Positions 21,458-31,501 of a stretch of DNA of 64,000 bases are shown one piece after another. The stretch spans positions 192,001 to 256,000 of the forward strand of contig OZ219754.1 in assembly GCA_964291295.2 (NCBI GenBank). Reading direction: 5' to 3'. Under the pieces are notes generated by a model. That model did no database searches. It was not told the DNA's origin and saw only the letters and a program-made list of their open reading frames with translations. Each line of letters opens with the position of its first letter. The first letter of the stretch is position 1. The translations under genes were made by a program, and so were the position numbers. This DNA comes from an uncultured Candidatus Binatia bacterium. Its GTDB lineage: Bacteria > Desulfobacterota > Binatia > UBA9968 > JAJDTQ01.

Positions 21458-22435
21458 ATGAGCGATACGAACGGCCACACGAAGGCGCTTCACGTCATGA
21501 CCCACTCCGGGTGGTACCGCTTCGAGAAGAACGGCGATTGCTGGGAACAGGTGGAACGCGACCTGACCTTCTGGAACCTGAGTTGCATCGCGGTCGATCC
21601 GGAGGATCCGCGCACCGTGTACGGCGGCACCGAGCACTCGGGGCTGTTCTGCACCCATGACGGCGGCGCGACCTGGACACGATCGCGCCCCAACGTGCCC
21701 AATCTCGACATCTTCTCGCTGTGGGCCCTGCCGGGCTCCCTGTTCGTCGGCACCCGCCCGGCGGCGCTCTTCCACGGCGCCCCCGGAGACGGATGGCGGG
21801 AACTCCCGGGCGTGCGCGAGGGCGGCGCCTGCGGCGTCTTTCCGCCGAATCCGGCCCAGGCACCGCGCACCCGCTATCTCACCACCGACCCTGCCTCCCC
21901 CTCGCGGCTCTACGCCGGCATCGAGGTGGGCGGGCTGCTGCTGAGCGACGACAACGGCGAGAGCTGGCGCACGGCCAACAAAGGCTTGTGGGACCGCGAT
22001 ATCCATCAACTGCACCACTCCGGACACGAGCCCGCACTGGTGGTGGCGGCCTGTGGCGAAGGGATCTTCCGGAGCCGCGACCGGGCCGGCCACTGGGAGG
22101 AGATCACCCCGTCGGACACTCGTACCTACGGCACCACCGTCACGGAGACGGATGACGGCAGCCTGTATCTCGGTGTCACGCTCGGGCGGCCCAACACCTG
22201 GGTACGCAAGGTGCGGGCCAGCGCGGCCATCCTGCGGAGCGAGCACGAGGCGGTCGGTTGGAAGTGTCTGGCCGAGGACCTCCGCGGCGGCATCATGGAC
22301 ACCGTGCCGGACCCCGACGGCCCCGGCGTCATCGCCGCCACCTCCGAAGGCGAGATCATGATCGTCGAGGAGTCGGGGTGGCGCACGGTGGCCAGCGGAC
22401 TGCCCTGCATCAACGAGATCGCCATCGGCGCCTGA
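21458..22435 (+). CDS. BNR/WD40-like beta-propeller protein
   Basis: Asp-box-like motifs THDGGATW, SDDNGESW, SRDRAGHW; LYAGIEVGG. GGAGGAG RBS. Confidence 0.8.
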   Translation: MSDTNGHTKALHVMTHSGWYRFEKNGDCWEQVERDLTFWNLSCIAVDPEDPRTVYGGTEHSGLFCTHDGGATWTRSRPNVPNLDIFSLWALPGSLFVGTRPAALFHGAPGDGWRELPGVREGGACGVFPPNPAQAPRTRYLTTDPASPSRLYAGIEVGGLLLSDDNGESWRTANKGLWDRDIHQLHHSGHEPALVVAACGEGIFRSRDRAGHWEEITPSDTRTYGTTVTETDDGSLYLGVTLGRPNTWVRKVRASAAILRSEHEAVGWKCLAEDLRGGIMDTVPDPDGPGVIAATSEGEIMIVEESGWRTVASGLPCINEIAIGA

Positions 22436-22515
22436 TTTTGACCTCTTTCTTCACCTACCCTTCGGCCCCGCCCCCGGCGGGTCGGTTCCCCGTGCCTTCC
22501 CGGGAACCCTGACCC

Positions 22516-23703
22516 GTGCCGGCGGCCGCGATTCCCGATTCCACCCGAACCGATTGGGGGGCCGTAGGGGTGGCGGCGCTCTCCGCCGTGAGCCCGGCCA
22601 TGGTGGTCGCCGTCCTCGGCATCGGCCTGCCGGAGATCGGCACCGGCGTGGGCCTCCCGGCCCGGTGGTGGGGTGCCCTCTTCTCCCCCGTCTTCGTTGC
22701 CGCGGCGTGCGCGAGCTGGTTCGCCGGGCGGCTTTCCGACAGGCTGGGGCGGCGCAACGTGCTGGTTGCCGCGGGCTTCGCCCTGGGCGCCGGGTTCGGG
22801 CTGGTATCGACGACCCACCGTTACGGAGCCGCGGCAGCACTGCTGGCTTTGGCCGGTGTGGGATACGGCGCCCTCACCGCCTCGGTCCTGTCACTGGTGT
22901 CGGACCTCCTGCCCTCGCGGCGGGGACTGGGCGCGGGCCTGCTCTCCGCCACCTACGGCCTGGGCGGCGTCAGCGGCCCCATCGCCGCCGCCGCCATCCT
23001 CCAGCGTTTCGGCTGGCGCGGGGCCACCGCCGCGGTGGGCTGCATCGCCGCCGGCATTGCCGCGATCCAATGGCTGCGCATCCGGGAACCGGCTCGGGCG
23101 TCCGTCTCCGCTCGCGCGGCGCGCGCCGACAAGCCGCCGATGATGATGAACCGCAACATGATCCTGCTGGCCGCGGCGCAGTTCTTCGGCGGCTCGGTGT
23201 TCTGGATCACCTCGTCCTGGACCCCGACGTTCCTGCGCGAAGCCGTGAAACTGACCCTCGACGAGGCGGGCGTGGTCATGGCGGCCTGGGGGGCCACGCC
23301 CATCATCGGGGCCATGGTGCTGGGGATCCTGTCCGACCGCCTGGGGCGGAGGCGCATCATTCTGATGGGCGCCTTTCCCGGCGTGTTGGTGGTGCTGGCC
23401 GTCTACGGCTGGCTGGCCCATCCGCTGGCCCTGGCCGCGGGCATCTGCCTCCTGGGCCTTTGCAAGTCACCGGTGCCGCCGCTGGTGGTGGCGCTGGCGC
23501 AGGACTCCGCCGCCAAGGGCCGGGTAGGCGAGGCGAGCGGACTCATCATGTCCATGCACTACGTGGCGGCCCAGACGACCCCGCTGGGCATGGGGCTGCT
23601 GGTCACCGGGCTGGACAGCCTGACGCTGGCCATGCTCCTGGGCTCAGGTGTGGCGTTCGCCGTGTTCGGAGTGCTCGTGGCCCGCGTCCGTGAACGCCAC
23701 TGA
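22516..23703 (+). CDS. MFS transporter
   Basis: Two MFS loop motifs, GRLSDRLGRR and GILSDRLGRR, with many hydrophobic segments. Confidence 0.9.
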   Translation: MPAAAIPDSTRTDWGAVGVAALSAVSPAMVVAVLGIGLPEIGTGVGLPARWWGALFSPVFVAAACASWFAGRLSDRLGRRNVLVAAGFALGAGFGLVSTTHRYGAAAALLALAGVGYGALTASVLSLVSDLLPSRRGLGAGLLSATYGLGGVSGPIAAAAILQRFGWRGATAAVGCIAAGIAAIQWLRIREPARASVSARAARADKPPMMMNRNMILLAAAQFFGGSVFWITSSWTPTFLREAVKLTLDEAGVVMAAWGATPIIGAMVLGILSDRLGRRRIILMGAFPGVLVVLAVYGWLAHPLALAAGICLLGLCKSPVPPLVVALAQDSAAKGRVGEASGLIMSMHYVAAQTTPLGMGLLVTGLDSLTLAMLLGSGVAFAVFGVLVARVRERH

Positions 23704-23799
23704 AACACATCGGGGATTCGGCACAACCCCCTCACGCGCAAGATACGAATTTCAATCCGGTGGGGGAAGAGGCCTCACAAGCGGGGCATGAGCACCGAA

Positions 23800-24100
23800 C
23801 GGCGCAAGCCGTGCCCGCAAACCCGGCCGTCTGCGGGGGCCGAGCGTGCCGCCGGGGCACCGCGGCGCCCATCAGGGGCGGCGGGTGGCCGGCGGCGAAC
23901 TTCTTCAGGGTCTCTTGAGCCAAGCATGGGGCTCGATGCTGTTCATCCTGCAGGTCTTGATGAGCGAGGCGATGCAGCGAAGCGAGACCGCGCTGGCGCC
24001 GTCGCCGCGGCCAGCGGGCAACGCGTTCTTCGCGGCGAACCGGGCGGGTCCGGTCCTCGAATCCGGTTCTCGAATCGAGGACACCCGTGCGTCACTGAAG
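23800..24100 (-). mobile_element. IS66-family transposase (TnpC) 3' remnant
   Basis: Minus frames read AKNALPAGRGDGA...IASLIKTCRMNSIEPHAWLK then (shifted) ETLKKFAAGHP, matching the recalled IS66 C-terminus RKNALFAG.D.G...IASLIETCKLN.VEP.AWL..L..IA.GHP. Confidence 0.65.
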
Positions 24101-24129
24101 CGACGAGGCCCTGCACCGGCGCTGAGGCC

Positions 24130-25881
24130 TTACACCAGCGCTCCTTGTGCCGTCCCGGCTCCGCGCTCCGGGTCGTTCACCGGCTCCAGCCAGACATCGA
24201 CAAGCGCCAGCCGTCCCTCCCGGACGGCCTGGAGCCCCCGTTCCAGCGCCGGTCTCACCATGGCCGGATCCCGCACACGCTCGCCATGGCCATCGAAAGC
24301 CCGGGCGATGCCCGCGTAGTCCGGTGCGGGCGCGATGGACGTGCCCACGAACCGGTTGGTGCGCACCGCCCACCCCTCGGGATAGTACGCCGGCACGCCC
24401 CGCTTCATGGACTTGTAGCCGTGGTTGTTCATGAGCACGATGAGGATCGGCATGCGGAATTCCTGGGCAAAGCCGAAACCCGCGATGCCGGGGTTGTAGT
24501 TGAAGGATCCATCGCCGATCACCAGCACCACGGGCTTCTCCGGATGCGCGGCCTTGACTCCGAGGGCCGTGCCGAGGCCGGTGCCGAGGCCGCCGATGCA
24601 GCCGCTGAAGAAGTTGCCGGGCTTGACCCGATCCAGGTACTGGTGCAGCGCCATGCGGTGCGTGATGGTCTCCTCCACCAGGCAGACGTCATCGGGAAGC
24701 ACCTGGTTGAGCTGGTACATCACCCAGATGGTGTCCATGGGTTCCCTGGACTCGAGACTCCGGGCCTGTTCGATCCACGCCGCCCGCCGCGCCGCGCCCC
24801 GCTCGCGCAGCTTCGCACGCCGTTCCCGCACCGTGGCGCCGCCCGCCGCGCCCTCCCTGCGGAGCCGCTCCAGCAATGCTTCCAGGGATGCCTCCAGCGC
24901 GCCGGGGATGCTGAGGTCTGCCTGCACGCCCCAGTAGGGAAGGTTCATGTGCAACGGCTCCTCATCCAGCACCACCACCTTGGCACCCTGCGCCACCGGC
25001 GCCGAAGCCGGATGCCACGGCTGGGTCGCGCCGATGAGACAGACGACGTCGGCGTCGGCCATGAACTCCCCGGGCTCGAAGCCGCCGTGCAACTCGTGGT
25101 CCCGCGGGAAGTTGAAACAGCCGCTGCTGCGGGTCTCCACCACCGGAGCGTCGAGCCGTTCGGCCAACTCCACCATGCGCTGGACGATGCCGGCGTTCCT
25201 GCCGGCGTTCTCGCTCACGATAACCGGATTCCGGGCGGCCCGGAGCAGGCTCGCCAACTCGTCGATGGCGCCGGCGTCAGGGCCGGGCGGAGAAGGCATG
25301 GACACCTTCAGCGGCGCCTCCCGCGCGACCTTGTCGAACAGGTACTCCATGGGCAGCGACACGAACACCGGCCCCCGGGGGGAACTCATGGCCATCTGGC
25401 AGGCGCGCTGAACGGTGGCAACCAGGATGTGCCGGTCATTGACCCCGAAGCTCCACTTGACGCACCGGTCCACCAGCCGGGCCGGGCCGCCCACGTCCGA
25501 GAGGAAACGCATCCACTGGCCGCCGGGATCGGGACCGTCGTCCTCGCCGTAGGCGACGGACTCGCCGGTGAAGACCACCATGGGCACCTGCTCGTGGAGC
25601 GCGCCGCGCAGGGCCATGGAGCCGTGCAGCGCTCCCACGGTGGTGTGTATCATGACTCCGGGCAGCTTGCCGGTGGCCTTGGCGTAGCCGCTGGCCATGG
25701 CCAGCGCCACCTCTTCGTGCCGCGAACTGAGATAGACCGGCACGCCCTCGTCCGGCTTGGCCAGCGCCTCCCAGACCGGCGACCACTCCGAGCCCGGCGA
25801 CGCGAAAACCCGCTCCACGCCCATGCCGGACAAGACGCGCAGGAAAGCCTCGGCACCCGTGAGTCCATTGACTTCAATCAT
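24130..25881 (-). CDS. Thiamine pyrophosphate-binding enzyme (acetolactate synthase/decarboxylase family)
   Basis: SRHEEVALAMASGYA, GGLGTGLGTALG, TPP motif GDGSFNYN...MNNHGY. Confidence 0.9.
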   Translation of the reverse strand: MIEVNGLTGAEAFLRVLSGMGVERVFASPGSEWSPVWEALAKPDEGVPVYLSSRHEEVALAMASGYAKATGKLPGVMIHTTVGALHGSMALRGALHEQVPMVVFTGESVAYGEDDGPDPGGQWMRFLSDVGGPARLVDRCVKWSFGVNDRHILVATVQRACQMAMSSPRGPVFVSLPMEYLFDKVAREAPLKVSMPSPPGPDAGAIDELASLLRAARNPVIVSENAGRNAGIVQRMVELAERLDAPVVETRSSGCFNFPRDHELHGGFEPGEFMADADVVCLIGATQPWHPASAPVAQGAKVVVLDEEPLHMNLPYWGVQADLSIPGALEASLEALLERLRREGAAGGATVRERRAKLRERGAARRAAWIEQARSLESREPMDTIWVMYQLNQVLPDDVCLVEETITHRMALHQYLDRVKPGNFFSGCIGGLGTGLGTALGVKAAHPEKPVVLVIGDGSFNYNPGIAGFGFAQEFRMPILIVLMNNHGYKSMKRGVPAYYPEGWAVRTNRFVGTSIAPAPDYAGIARAFDGHGERVRDPAMVRPALERGLQAVREGRLALVDVWLEPVNDPERGAGTAQGALV

Positions 25882-25966
25882 GTTCCGTTCCTCCATCCGA
25901 CCCTCGTCAAGTCCAAGATACGCCGCGGGGCCGGTCAACCCCCGCGCCGCCGCCTGCATGCACCGC

Positions 25967-27178
25967 TCAACCCGACCGGGCGGCGAAGGTGGGGAGCCAT
26001 CCCGCGGGGGCCGTCAGATCCAGCGAGTCGGCGTCGATGGAGGTGCGGCCGGACAGCAGGACACGCTGGCCCCGGTACGCCCACACGCGCAGGTCCGCCC
26101 ATACGGACACGTCCTCACCGAGCTGGATGCGCGCACGCCCCACCTTCCTTTGGGCGACATAGCCTTCGCCCTTCCGCAACAGCCGCCGCAGGCGCGAGCG
26201 CCCGACACGCGCGCTGGGCAGGAACCCCCGGCTGGCATGGCTGCGGATGGGCTTGAACACGAACTGATGCCGGTTCTCCACGACGGCGTCGATATTGTCG
26301 GCCCGAAGCAGCCGGGTCTCGGGGATGTGCCGGCTCAGGACTTCCCGCTCGCGGGCTCCGATGCCGAGGTCCCGGTCCCATGACGGCAGCGAAAGGAACT
26401 CCAGCAGCCGCTTGTCGCTGCGGGTGGCGTAAGTGAAGGGATTGGGGGCGACGTACACGCCGCCGTGCAGGAACGCGTCCCGCAACGGCCGCGTCGCCTC
26501 CTTCTCCAGAAAGAAGTCGGTGGAGCGGTTCACGATGAACGCAACCCGCGCGTCACCGTGCCAGAGCCGCTCGCCGTCCCAGCGAAGGCTCGCCGTCGAT
26601 CCCACGTCCGCCGGCCACCCCTGCTCCTGGAAGAGTTCCCGCAGCATCTCCATCTCGCCGCCGAACTTGCCCCGCTCCAGGGCTTCGGGCTCGTCCACGA
26701 TGAGAAAGAGCTCCTCGGGCATGTTACCGAAAAACCCTTCGGCCTCCCGGCGGACCATTCGCGTGATGTTCCGTCCGAGCTCGGCGGCCGACGGCGGCGC
26801 TTCGAGACCCGCCCGCCGGGCCGGTTCCAGCAGCGCATGGAAGCACTCGTTGATGAAGCCGGCATACAGAAGACCGGATCCGTTGTCGTTGAACTCGATG
26901 ACCTGCCAGGGGCCGCCGGGAGGCAGATGGAAGTCCCAGGCGCTGAAAAAGCACACCTCCGGCCGTCTCGCCGGAAGGCAGTGTCCGGACGAACCGATGA
27001 CGCATTCCTGCCACGCCGACCGTGTGGTCACCTCTTCGAAGACGCCGATGAATTCGTCGATCTCCGCCAATACTGCGGCCGGGATCGCCTGATGGGCGAA
27101 GGTCACCGAGAACTCGTCCGGAACACCGGGAATCCCCGCAGCCCGGAGCCGGTCCCACAACTGCTCACGCCGGCTCAT
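25967..27178 (-). CDS. Circularly permuted ATP-grasp / glutathionylspermidine-synthase-like ligase
   Basis: WDFHL...QVIEFNDNGSG, IVNRSTDF, SDKRLL, FVFKP...SRG, YVAQR, DLRVWAY. Confidence 0.65.
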   Translation of the reverse strand: MSRREQLWDRLRAAGIPGVPDEFSVTFAHQAIPAAVLAEIDEFIGVFEEVTTRSAWQECVIGSSGHCLPARRPEVCFFSAWDFHLPPGGPWQVIEFNDNGSGLLYAGFINECFHALLEPARRAGLEAPPSAAELGRNITRMVRREAEGFFGNMPEELFLIVDEPEALERGKFGGEMEMLRELFQEQGWPADVGSTASLRWDGERLWHGDARVAFIVNRSTDFFLEKEATRPLRDAFLHGGVYVAPNPFTYATRSDKRLLEFLSLPSWDRDLGIGAREREVLSRHIPETRLLRADNIDAVVENRHQFVFKPIRSHASRGFLPSARVGRSRLRRLLRKGEGYVAQRKVGRARIQLGEDVSVWADLRVWAYRGQRVLLSGRTSIDADSLDLTAPAGWLPTFAARSG

Positions 27179-27965
27179 GAAGGGTGCACGCGAGACGTTG
27201 GAGGAACCGTTCCACCTCCGCGTCGTCCTTCAGCCGATAAGCCGCCGCCGTGGGCCGGGGCGAGTCCGCCACGAGAATCCCCACGCCGCGGCCGGCCACG
27301 ACCCCGAAACCGTCCTCGTCGGTGGCGTCGTCGCCGACGTAGACGGGCACATGGTCCGCGCCCACGGTCCCGAGGATCCACTCCACCGCCTTGCCCTTGT
27401 TCCATTCGAACCGGGGCCTGATCTCGAACACCTTCTTTCCATGCGCCTTGCGGAGTCCGGGACAATCCTGCAGCAAGCCGTCGATCACGGCTTCGACACC
27501 GGCAACCGCCGCCTTGTCCACGAGGCGGTAATGGACCGCCAAGGAGCAACCCTTGTTCTCCAACAGCAGGCCGGAGACTTGCGCCAGGGCGCTGCCGAGC
27601 CGCCGGTGCAACATCTCCATGAGCGGGAGGAACTCCTGCCCCACCTGGTGGCGAATGTCTGTGCCCGCGGGACCGGCGATATCGTAACCATGCGTGCCGG
27701 CGTAGAAGAGATTGTCGAGCCCGACCCGCTCCCGCACCTCTTCGCGGGCGCGCCCGCTGACCACGGCGGTGATGCATCGGTCGCTCAGGCACCGGACGAT
27801 GTCGCGCATCTCCCGGGACAGCACCGCCTGCGCCGGGGTGTCCACGATGGGGGTCAAGGTGCCGTCGAAGTCGAGAAAGACTGCGGTCCGGCCGCCTTCC
27901 AATGCTCTTTCGATGTCATGAAAATCGGTCAGGGCGGACGGGAGTGTCCATTCAGCATTCACCAC
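27165..27965 (-). CDS. otsB: Trehalose-6-phosphate phosphatase (HAD family)
   Basis: FLDFDGTLTPI, VVSGR, YAGTHG, GKKVFEIRP, WNKGKAV, YVGDDATDEDGF. Confidence 0.9.
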   Translation of the reverse strand: MVNAEWTLPSALTDFHDIERALEGGRTAVFLDFDGTLTPIVDTPAQAVLSREMRDIVRCLSDRCITAVVSGRAREEVRERVGLDNLFYAGTHGYDIAGPAGTDIRHQVGQEFLPLMEMLHRRLGSALAQVSGLLLENKGCSLAVHYRLVDKAAVAGVEAVIDGLLQDCPGLRKAHGKKVFEIRPRFEWNKGKAVEWILGTVGADHVPVYVGDDATDEDGFGVVAGRGVGILVADSPRPTAAAYRLKDDAEVERFLQRLACTLHEPA

Positions 27966-28022
27966 GACGTCACCGGTCCCGCCACGACAACCCCGCGGTC
28001 CTCACTTCCCGGCGGACGGCCT

Positions 28023-28781
28023 TCATCCGCGAATCCCACCCCAACAGGGCACCTCGGCCCACTCCTCCGCCGGAATGGCATAGGAGTGGGTCCCGGCGAT
28101 CAGTCCCGCACGGTTCAGGTTGCTGGGGCATATCATGCGCTCGCCGATCTCCTTTTCAGCCAGCCTGGCATCCATGAGGTCGTGACTGCGCGTCGAATGG
28201 CCCAACCCCATGGCGTGCCCGATCTCGTGGGCGGTCATGTTCTGCGCCTCCACGGCACCCACGTCCCGGAGCCCGAGGTGGACGTAGGCCTTGCGGATGC
28301 CCTCCCGTCCGTTGCGGCATCGGATCCTGGTGGCGCCCACTACCCCCGGGAACACGTCGTCGAACAACTCGATGGTGATGTCGGCCCCTTCGTGGGCCGT
28401 CTCCCACAGGGCGTAGAACGGCTGTACCCGGTTCCACTGCAACACGCCGCGGCGAACCGCGAGGGCCAGGTCCAGGGACACGCCGGCCCAGTTGTTGACC
28501 TTGAACGTCACCACCTCGCGGTCCACGGCATTCCAACGGGCCACGGCGCCGTCTTCGCACTCCATCCGCCGAATGCGCGCCATGGGCCGGGTGTCGTCGT
28601 GGCCGCGGTGGGCATCGTCATGGATGGACCGGGGATCGTCTGCCCGCCGGCAGGCGGCCGGGCCGCGCGCACCGCCATCGGACGTGCAGCTTTCGCCGTC
28701 GGAGTGAACCAGGGTCAAGGAGAAGGCGAGGGCGACAACGGAAGGAAATGCGCAAGGGAATGCTTGTCGGGGCTTGATCAT
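28023..28781 (-). CDS. Secreted matrixin-family (metzincin) metalloprotease
   Basis: HEIGHAMGLGHS followed by a Met-turn (DLM). Hydrophobic N-terminal segment. Start is uncertain. Confidence 0.7.
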   Translation of the reverse strand: MIKPRQAFPCAFPSVVALAFSLTLVHSDGESCTSDGGARGPAACRRADDPRSIHDDAHRGHDDTRPMARIRRMECEDGAVARWNAVDREVVTFKVNNWAGVSLDLALAVRRGVLQWNRVQPFYALWETAHEGADITIELFDDVFPGVVGATRIRCRNGREGIRKAYVHLGLRDVGAVEAQNMTAHEIGHAMGLGHSTRSHDLMDARLAEKEIGERMICPSNLNRAGLIAGTHSYAIPAEEWAEVPCWGGIRG

Positions 28782-29064
28782 GCTGACGTCGGCGGTCTCG
28801 TCGTCTGCCGGAGGCCCTCGGGCGCAGTCACCGCGAACCGTCCCCTTATACAACGCCGCGTCCCCGTTCGGCAACCTTTCGGGATTCCACCGCGTTCCGG
28901 ACACCCGCCGCATGCCGCTTCGCCCACCGGGCGGCGGCCCGCGCCGGCGGGAGCCTTCCCTTGTTTCCCGGCGCGGCCCGTGCGATTCTTTCCGCACAGG
29001 GCATCTACCAGCGGGGGTTCCGCCGGACTGCATGTCGCGGACACCCACACCTGCGAGGCGAAAC

Positions 29065-30261
29065 ATGGCATTCGAGCGACTGCGGCAACGCATGGGCGGG
29101 GAGGAGGGCGAAGCAACCGGGGCTCAAGGGGACGCCGCCATCACCTTCGGCGTCGAGGAGGAGTTCTGGCTCGTCGATCCGCACAGCCGTGACATCATCG
29201 CCGACCCGGCACCGGGAATCTTCGAATGGTGCGAGCGCAACCGCGGACCTCATGGATTCGTGCACGAGTTCCTCCGTTCCCAGATCGAGACCAATACCCG
29301 CGTGTGCGGGTCCGTGGCCGACCTGCGCCGTGCGCTCAAGGAGACCCGGCGGGTGGTGGTGGAGGCGGCGGCACGGCACGGCGCCGTGGTGATGGCCGCC
29401 TCGACGCATCCCTTCGCGGCATGGGAGTCGCAGAGGAGCACTCCCAAGGAACGATACGAACGGCTGGAAACCATCCTCCAGGAGAGCGTTCGGCGGCTGC
29501 TGGTGAGCGGCATGCACATCCATGCCGGTTTCGGAGACGCCGATTCCCGAATCCGCGTCATGACCGCCATGAGGCGCTACCTGCCCCTTCTGCACGCCCT
29601 CTCCACGTCGTCGCCCTTCAACGCCGGCCATGAGACCGGCTTCAAATCCTATCGGCTGAGCATCCTGGGGGCGCTTCCGCGCACCGGCCTGCCCGGCCCG
29701 ATGTGGTCCCGGGCGGAATTCGACCAGCTCGTGGCCGACTACCGGAGAATGAAGCTCATCGGCGACGGCAGCGAACTGTGGTGGGACATCCGCCCGTCCA
29801 TGCGCTTTCCCACCATGGAGCTTCGCATCTGCGACCTGTGTCCGCGGATCGACGACGCCATGTGCATTGCCGCCATGTACGCCTGCCTCATCCGGCGGCT
29901 GTCCCGGCTCGACCGCGGCCACGAACTGCCAGCCGAGCCCCCGACGGAGATCATCGCCGAGAACCGCTGGCTGGCCCAGCGCTACGGCGTGCTGGGATTT
30001 CACGGCGACACCAGCCAGGGCGGCCGCAAGGACATCGCCGACTTCGTCGCCGAACTGCTGGAGCAGCTGGCCGGCGACGCCGCCGCCCTGGACTGCGGGA
30101 AGGAGCTGCAACACGCCCTCACCATCATCCGCCAGGGCACCAGCGCCGACCGGCAGACCGACCTGTTCCGTCTTCGCCAGCTGGAGGGCGACACCTCCGC
30201 CGAGGCGCTGCGCGCGGTGGTGGACCTGGTGGTCGAGGAGACCCGGGACGGCATCGAGTGA
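29065..30261 (+). CDS. ybdK: Carboxylate-amine ligase (glutamate-cysteine ligase 2, YbdK family)
   Basis: TFGVEEEF, SQIETNT, ASTHPF, GMHIH, STSSPF, LWWDIRPS, ELRICD, ENRWLAQRYG. Confidence 0.92.
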   Translation: MAFERLRQRMGGEEGEATGAQGDAAITFGVEEEFWLVDPHSRDIIADPAPGIFEWCERNRGPHGFVHEFLRSQIETNTRVCGSVADLRRALKETRRVVVEAAARHGAVVMAASTHPFAAWESQRSTPKERYERLETILQESVRRLLVSGMHIHAGFGDADSRIRVMTAMRRYLPLLHALSTSSPFNAGHETGFKSYRLSILGALPRTGLPGPMWSRAEFDQLVADYRRMKLIGDGSELWWDIRPSMRFPTMELRICDLCPRIDDAMCIAAMYACLIRRLSRLDRGHELPAEPPTEIIAENRWLAQRYGVLGFHGDTSQGGRKDIADFVAELLEQLAGDAAALDCGKELQHALTIIRQGTSADRQTDLFRLRQLEGDTSAEALRAVVDLVVEETRDGIE

Positions 30262-30393
30262 TGCGTCTCGAGTTCGGGAAGCCCCGGGAAATTGCCGCAA
30301 ACGGCGTTTGCTGGTAGGCTACGTGGAATTTTGCGCCAGCCCGAAAGCGCCGGCTCGTCAAGACTCGGCGCTGACCGTTGCAGGAGGTTCGCC

Positions 30394-31458
30394 ATGTCCG
30401 TGATTGATGCCGATACCCATGTCGACGAGTCCGAATCCACCTGGGCCGCCCTGGAAGGGACTCCGTACGACAAATATATTCCCGTGACCGTCACCATCTC
30501 GGACCAGGAGGCGGCGCGGGCGGGCTTCAACACCACCACCCGGCGCAGTTGGGTGGTGGAGGGCCGGCTTCAGAACCGCGCGGTGCGGGACGAGGTCAAC
30601 CATCCGCCGCGGGTGTACCGGGAACTTGACGACGTCGAAGGCCGCCTGGCTCACATGGACGAGATGGGGGTCGACATCCAGGTCATCTTCCCGACCTTCT
30701 TCATCCGTCACAACACCCGGAATATCGAGGCGGAATGGGCGCTGGCCACCACCTACAACCGCTGGCTGGCCGGCAAGTGCGAGCCCACCGGCGGACGCCT
30801 GCAGTGGGCCGCGGTGCTGCCTTGGCTGAATCAGGATGCGGCCGTGAAGGAGCTGCGCTGGGCCAGGGAGCACGGCGCCTGCGGCGTCTTCAAGCGCGGG
30901 TTCGACATCGACCGCAAGGTCACCGACCCGCATTTCTTTCCGGTGTACGAGGAGGCCCATCGCCTGGGCATGCCCCTGTGCATCCATACCGGCCACCCGC
31001 TGCCGGCTCGCGAGTGGGATCGGGGCTTTCCCATCATGTACGCCTTCGCCGAACTGGTGACCTCCGGGGTGCCCGAGATGTTCCCGAATCTTCGGTTTGG
31101 CTTCATCGAGTCCGGGGCCTCGTGGATCCCCTACGTGATGTCGCAGCTTGGAGCCACGAAGCGCGCCGGGTTGCGCGGCAAACAGGCCACGGTCCCCCAC
31201 CTGTTCGACCTCGACCCGGAGATCTTCCACAGGAACCGGGCCTTCATCACCATCGACCCCATCGACGACGTGGAGTCGATCCTTAAGTTTCACACCGAAG
31301 ACAATCTTATGATCGGTACCGACTACAGCCATACCGACATCTCCGCGAACCTGAGCGGGATCAACGAGGTGCGCAACTGGGTGGACGAAGGCCGCATCGA
31401 CCACGCACAGGGCGAGAAGATCCTCAACAGCAATTCCCGGGAATTCTACGGACTGTAG
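30394..31458 (+). CDS. Amidohydrolase_2 family protein
   Basis: IDADTHVDE, MDEMGVDIQVIFPT, YNRWLA, CIHTG, FIESGASW, IGTDYSHTD. GGAGG RBS. Confidence 0.88.
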   Translation: MSVIDADTHVDESESTWAALEGTPYDKYIPVTVTISDQEAARAGFNTTTRRSWVVEGRLQNRAVRDEVNHPPRVYRELDDVEGRLAHMDEMGVDIQVIFPTFFIRHNTRNIEAEWALATTYNRWLAGKCEPTGGRLQWAAVLPWLNQDAAVKELRWAREHGACGVFKRGFDIDRKVTDPHFFPVYEEAHRLGMPLCIHTGHPLPAREWDRGFPIMYAFAELVTSGVPEMFPNLRFGFIESGASWIPYVMSQLGATKRAGLRGKQATVPHLFDLDPEIFHRNRAFITIDPIDDVESILKFHTEDNLMIGTDYSHTDISANLSGINEVRNWVDEGRIDHAQGEKILNSNSREFYGL

Positions 31459-31501
31459 CGCCGCTGTCACGCGCACCACCGGCGGTGCATGGAAACCAGG
31501 T

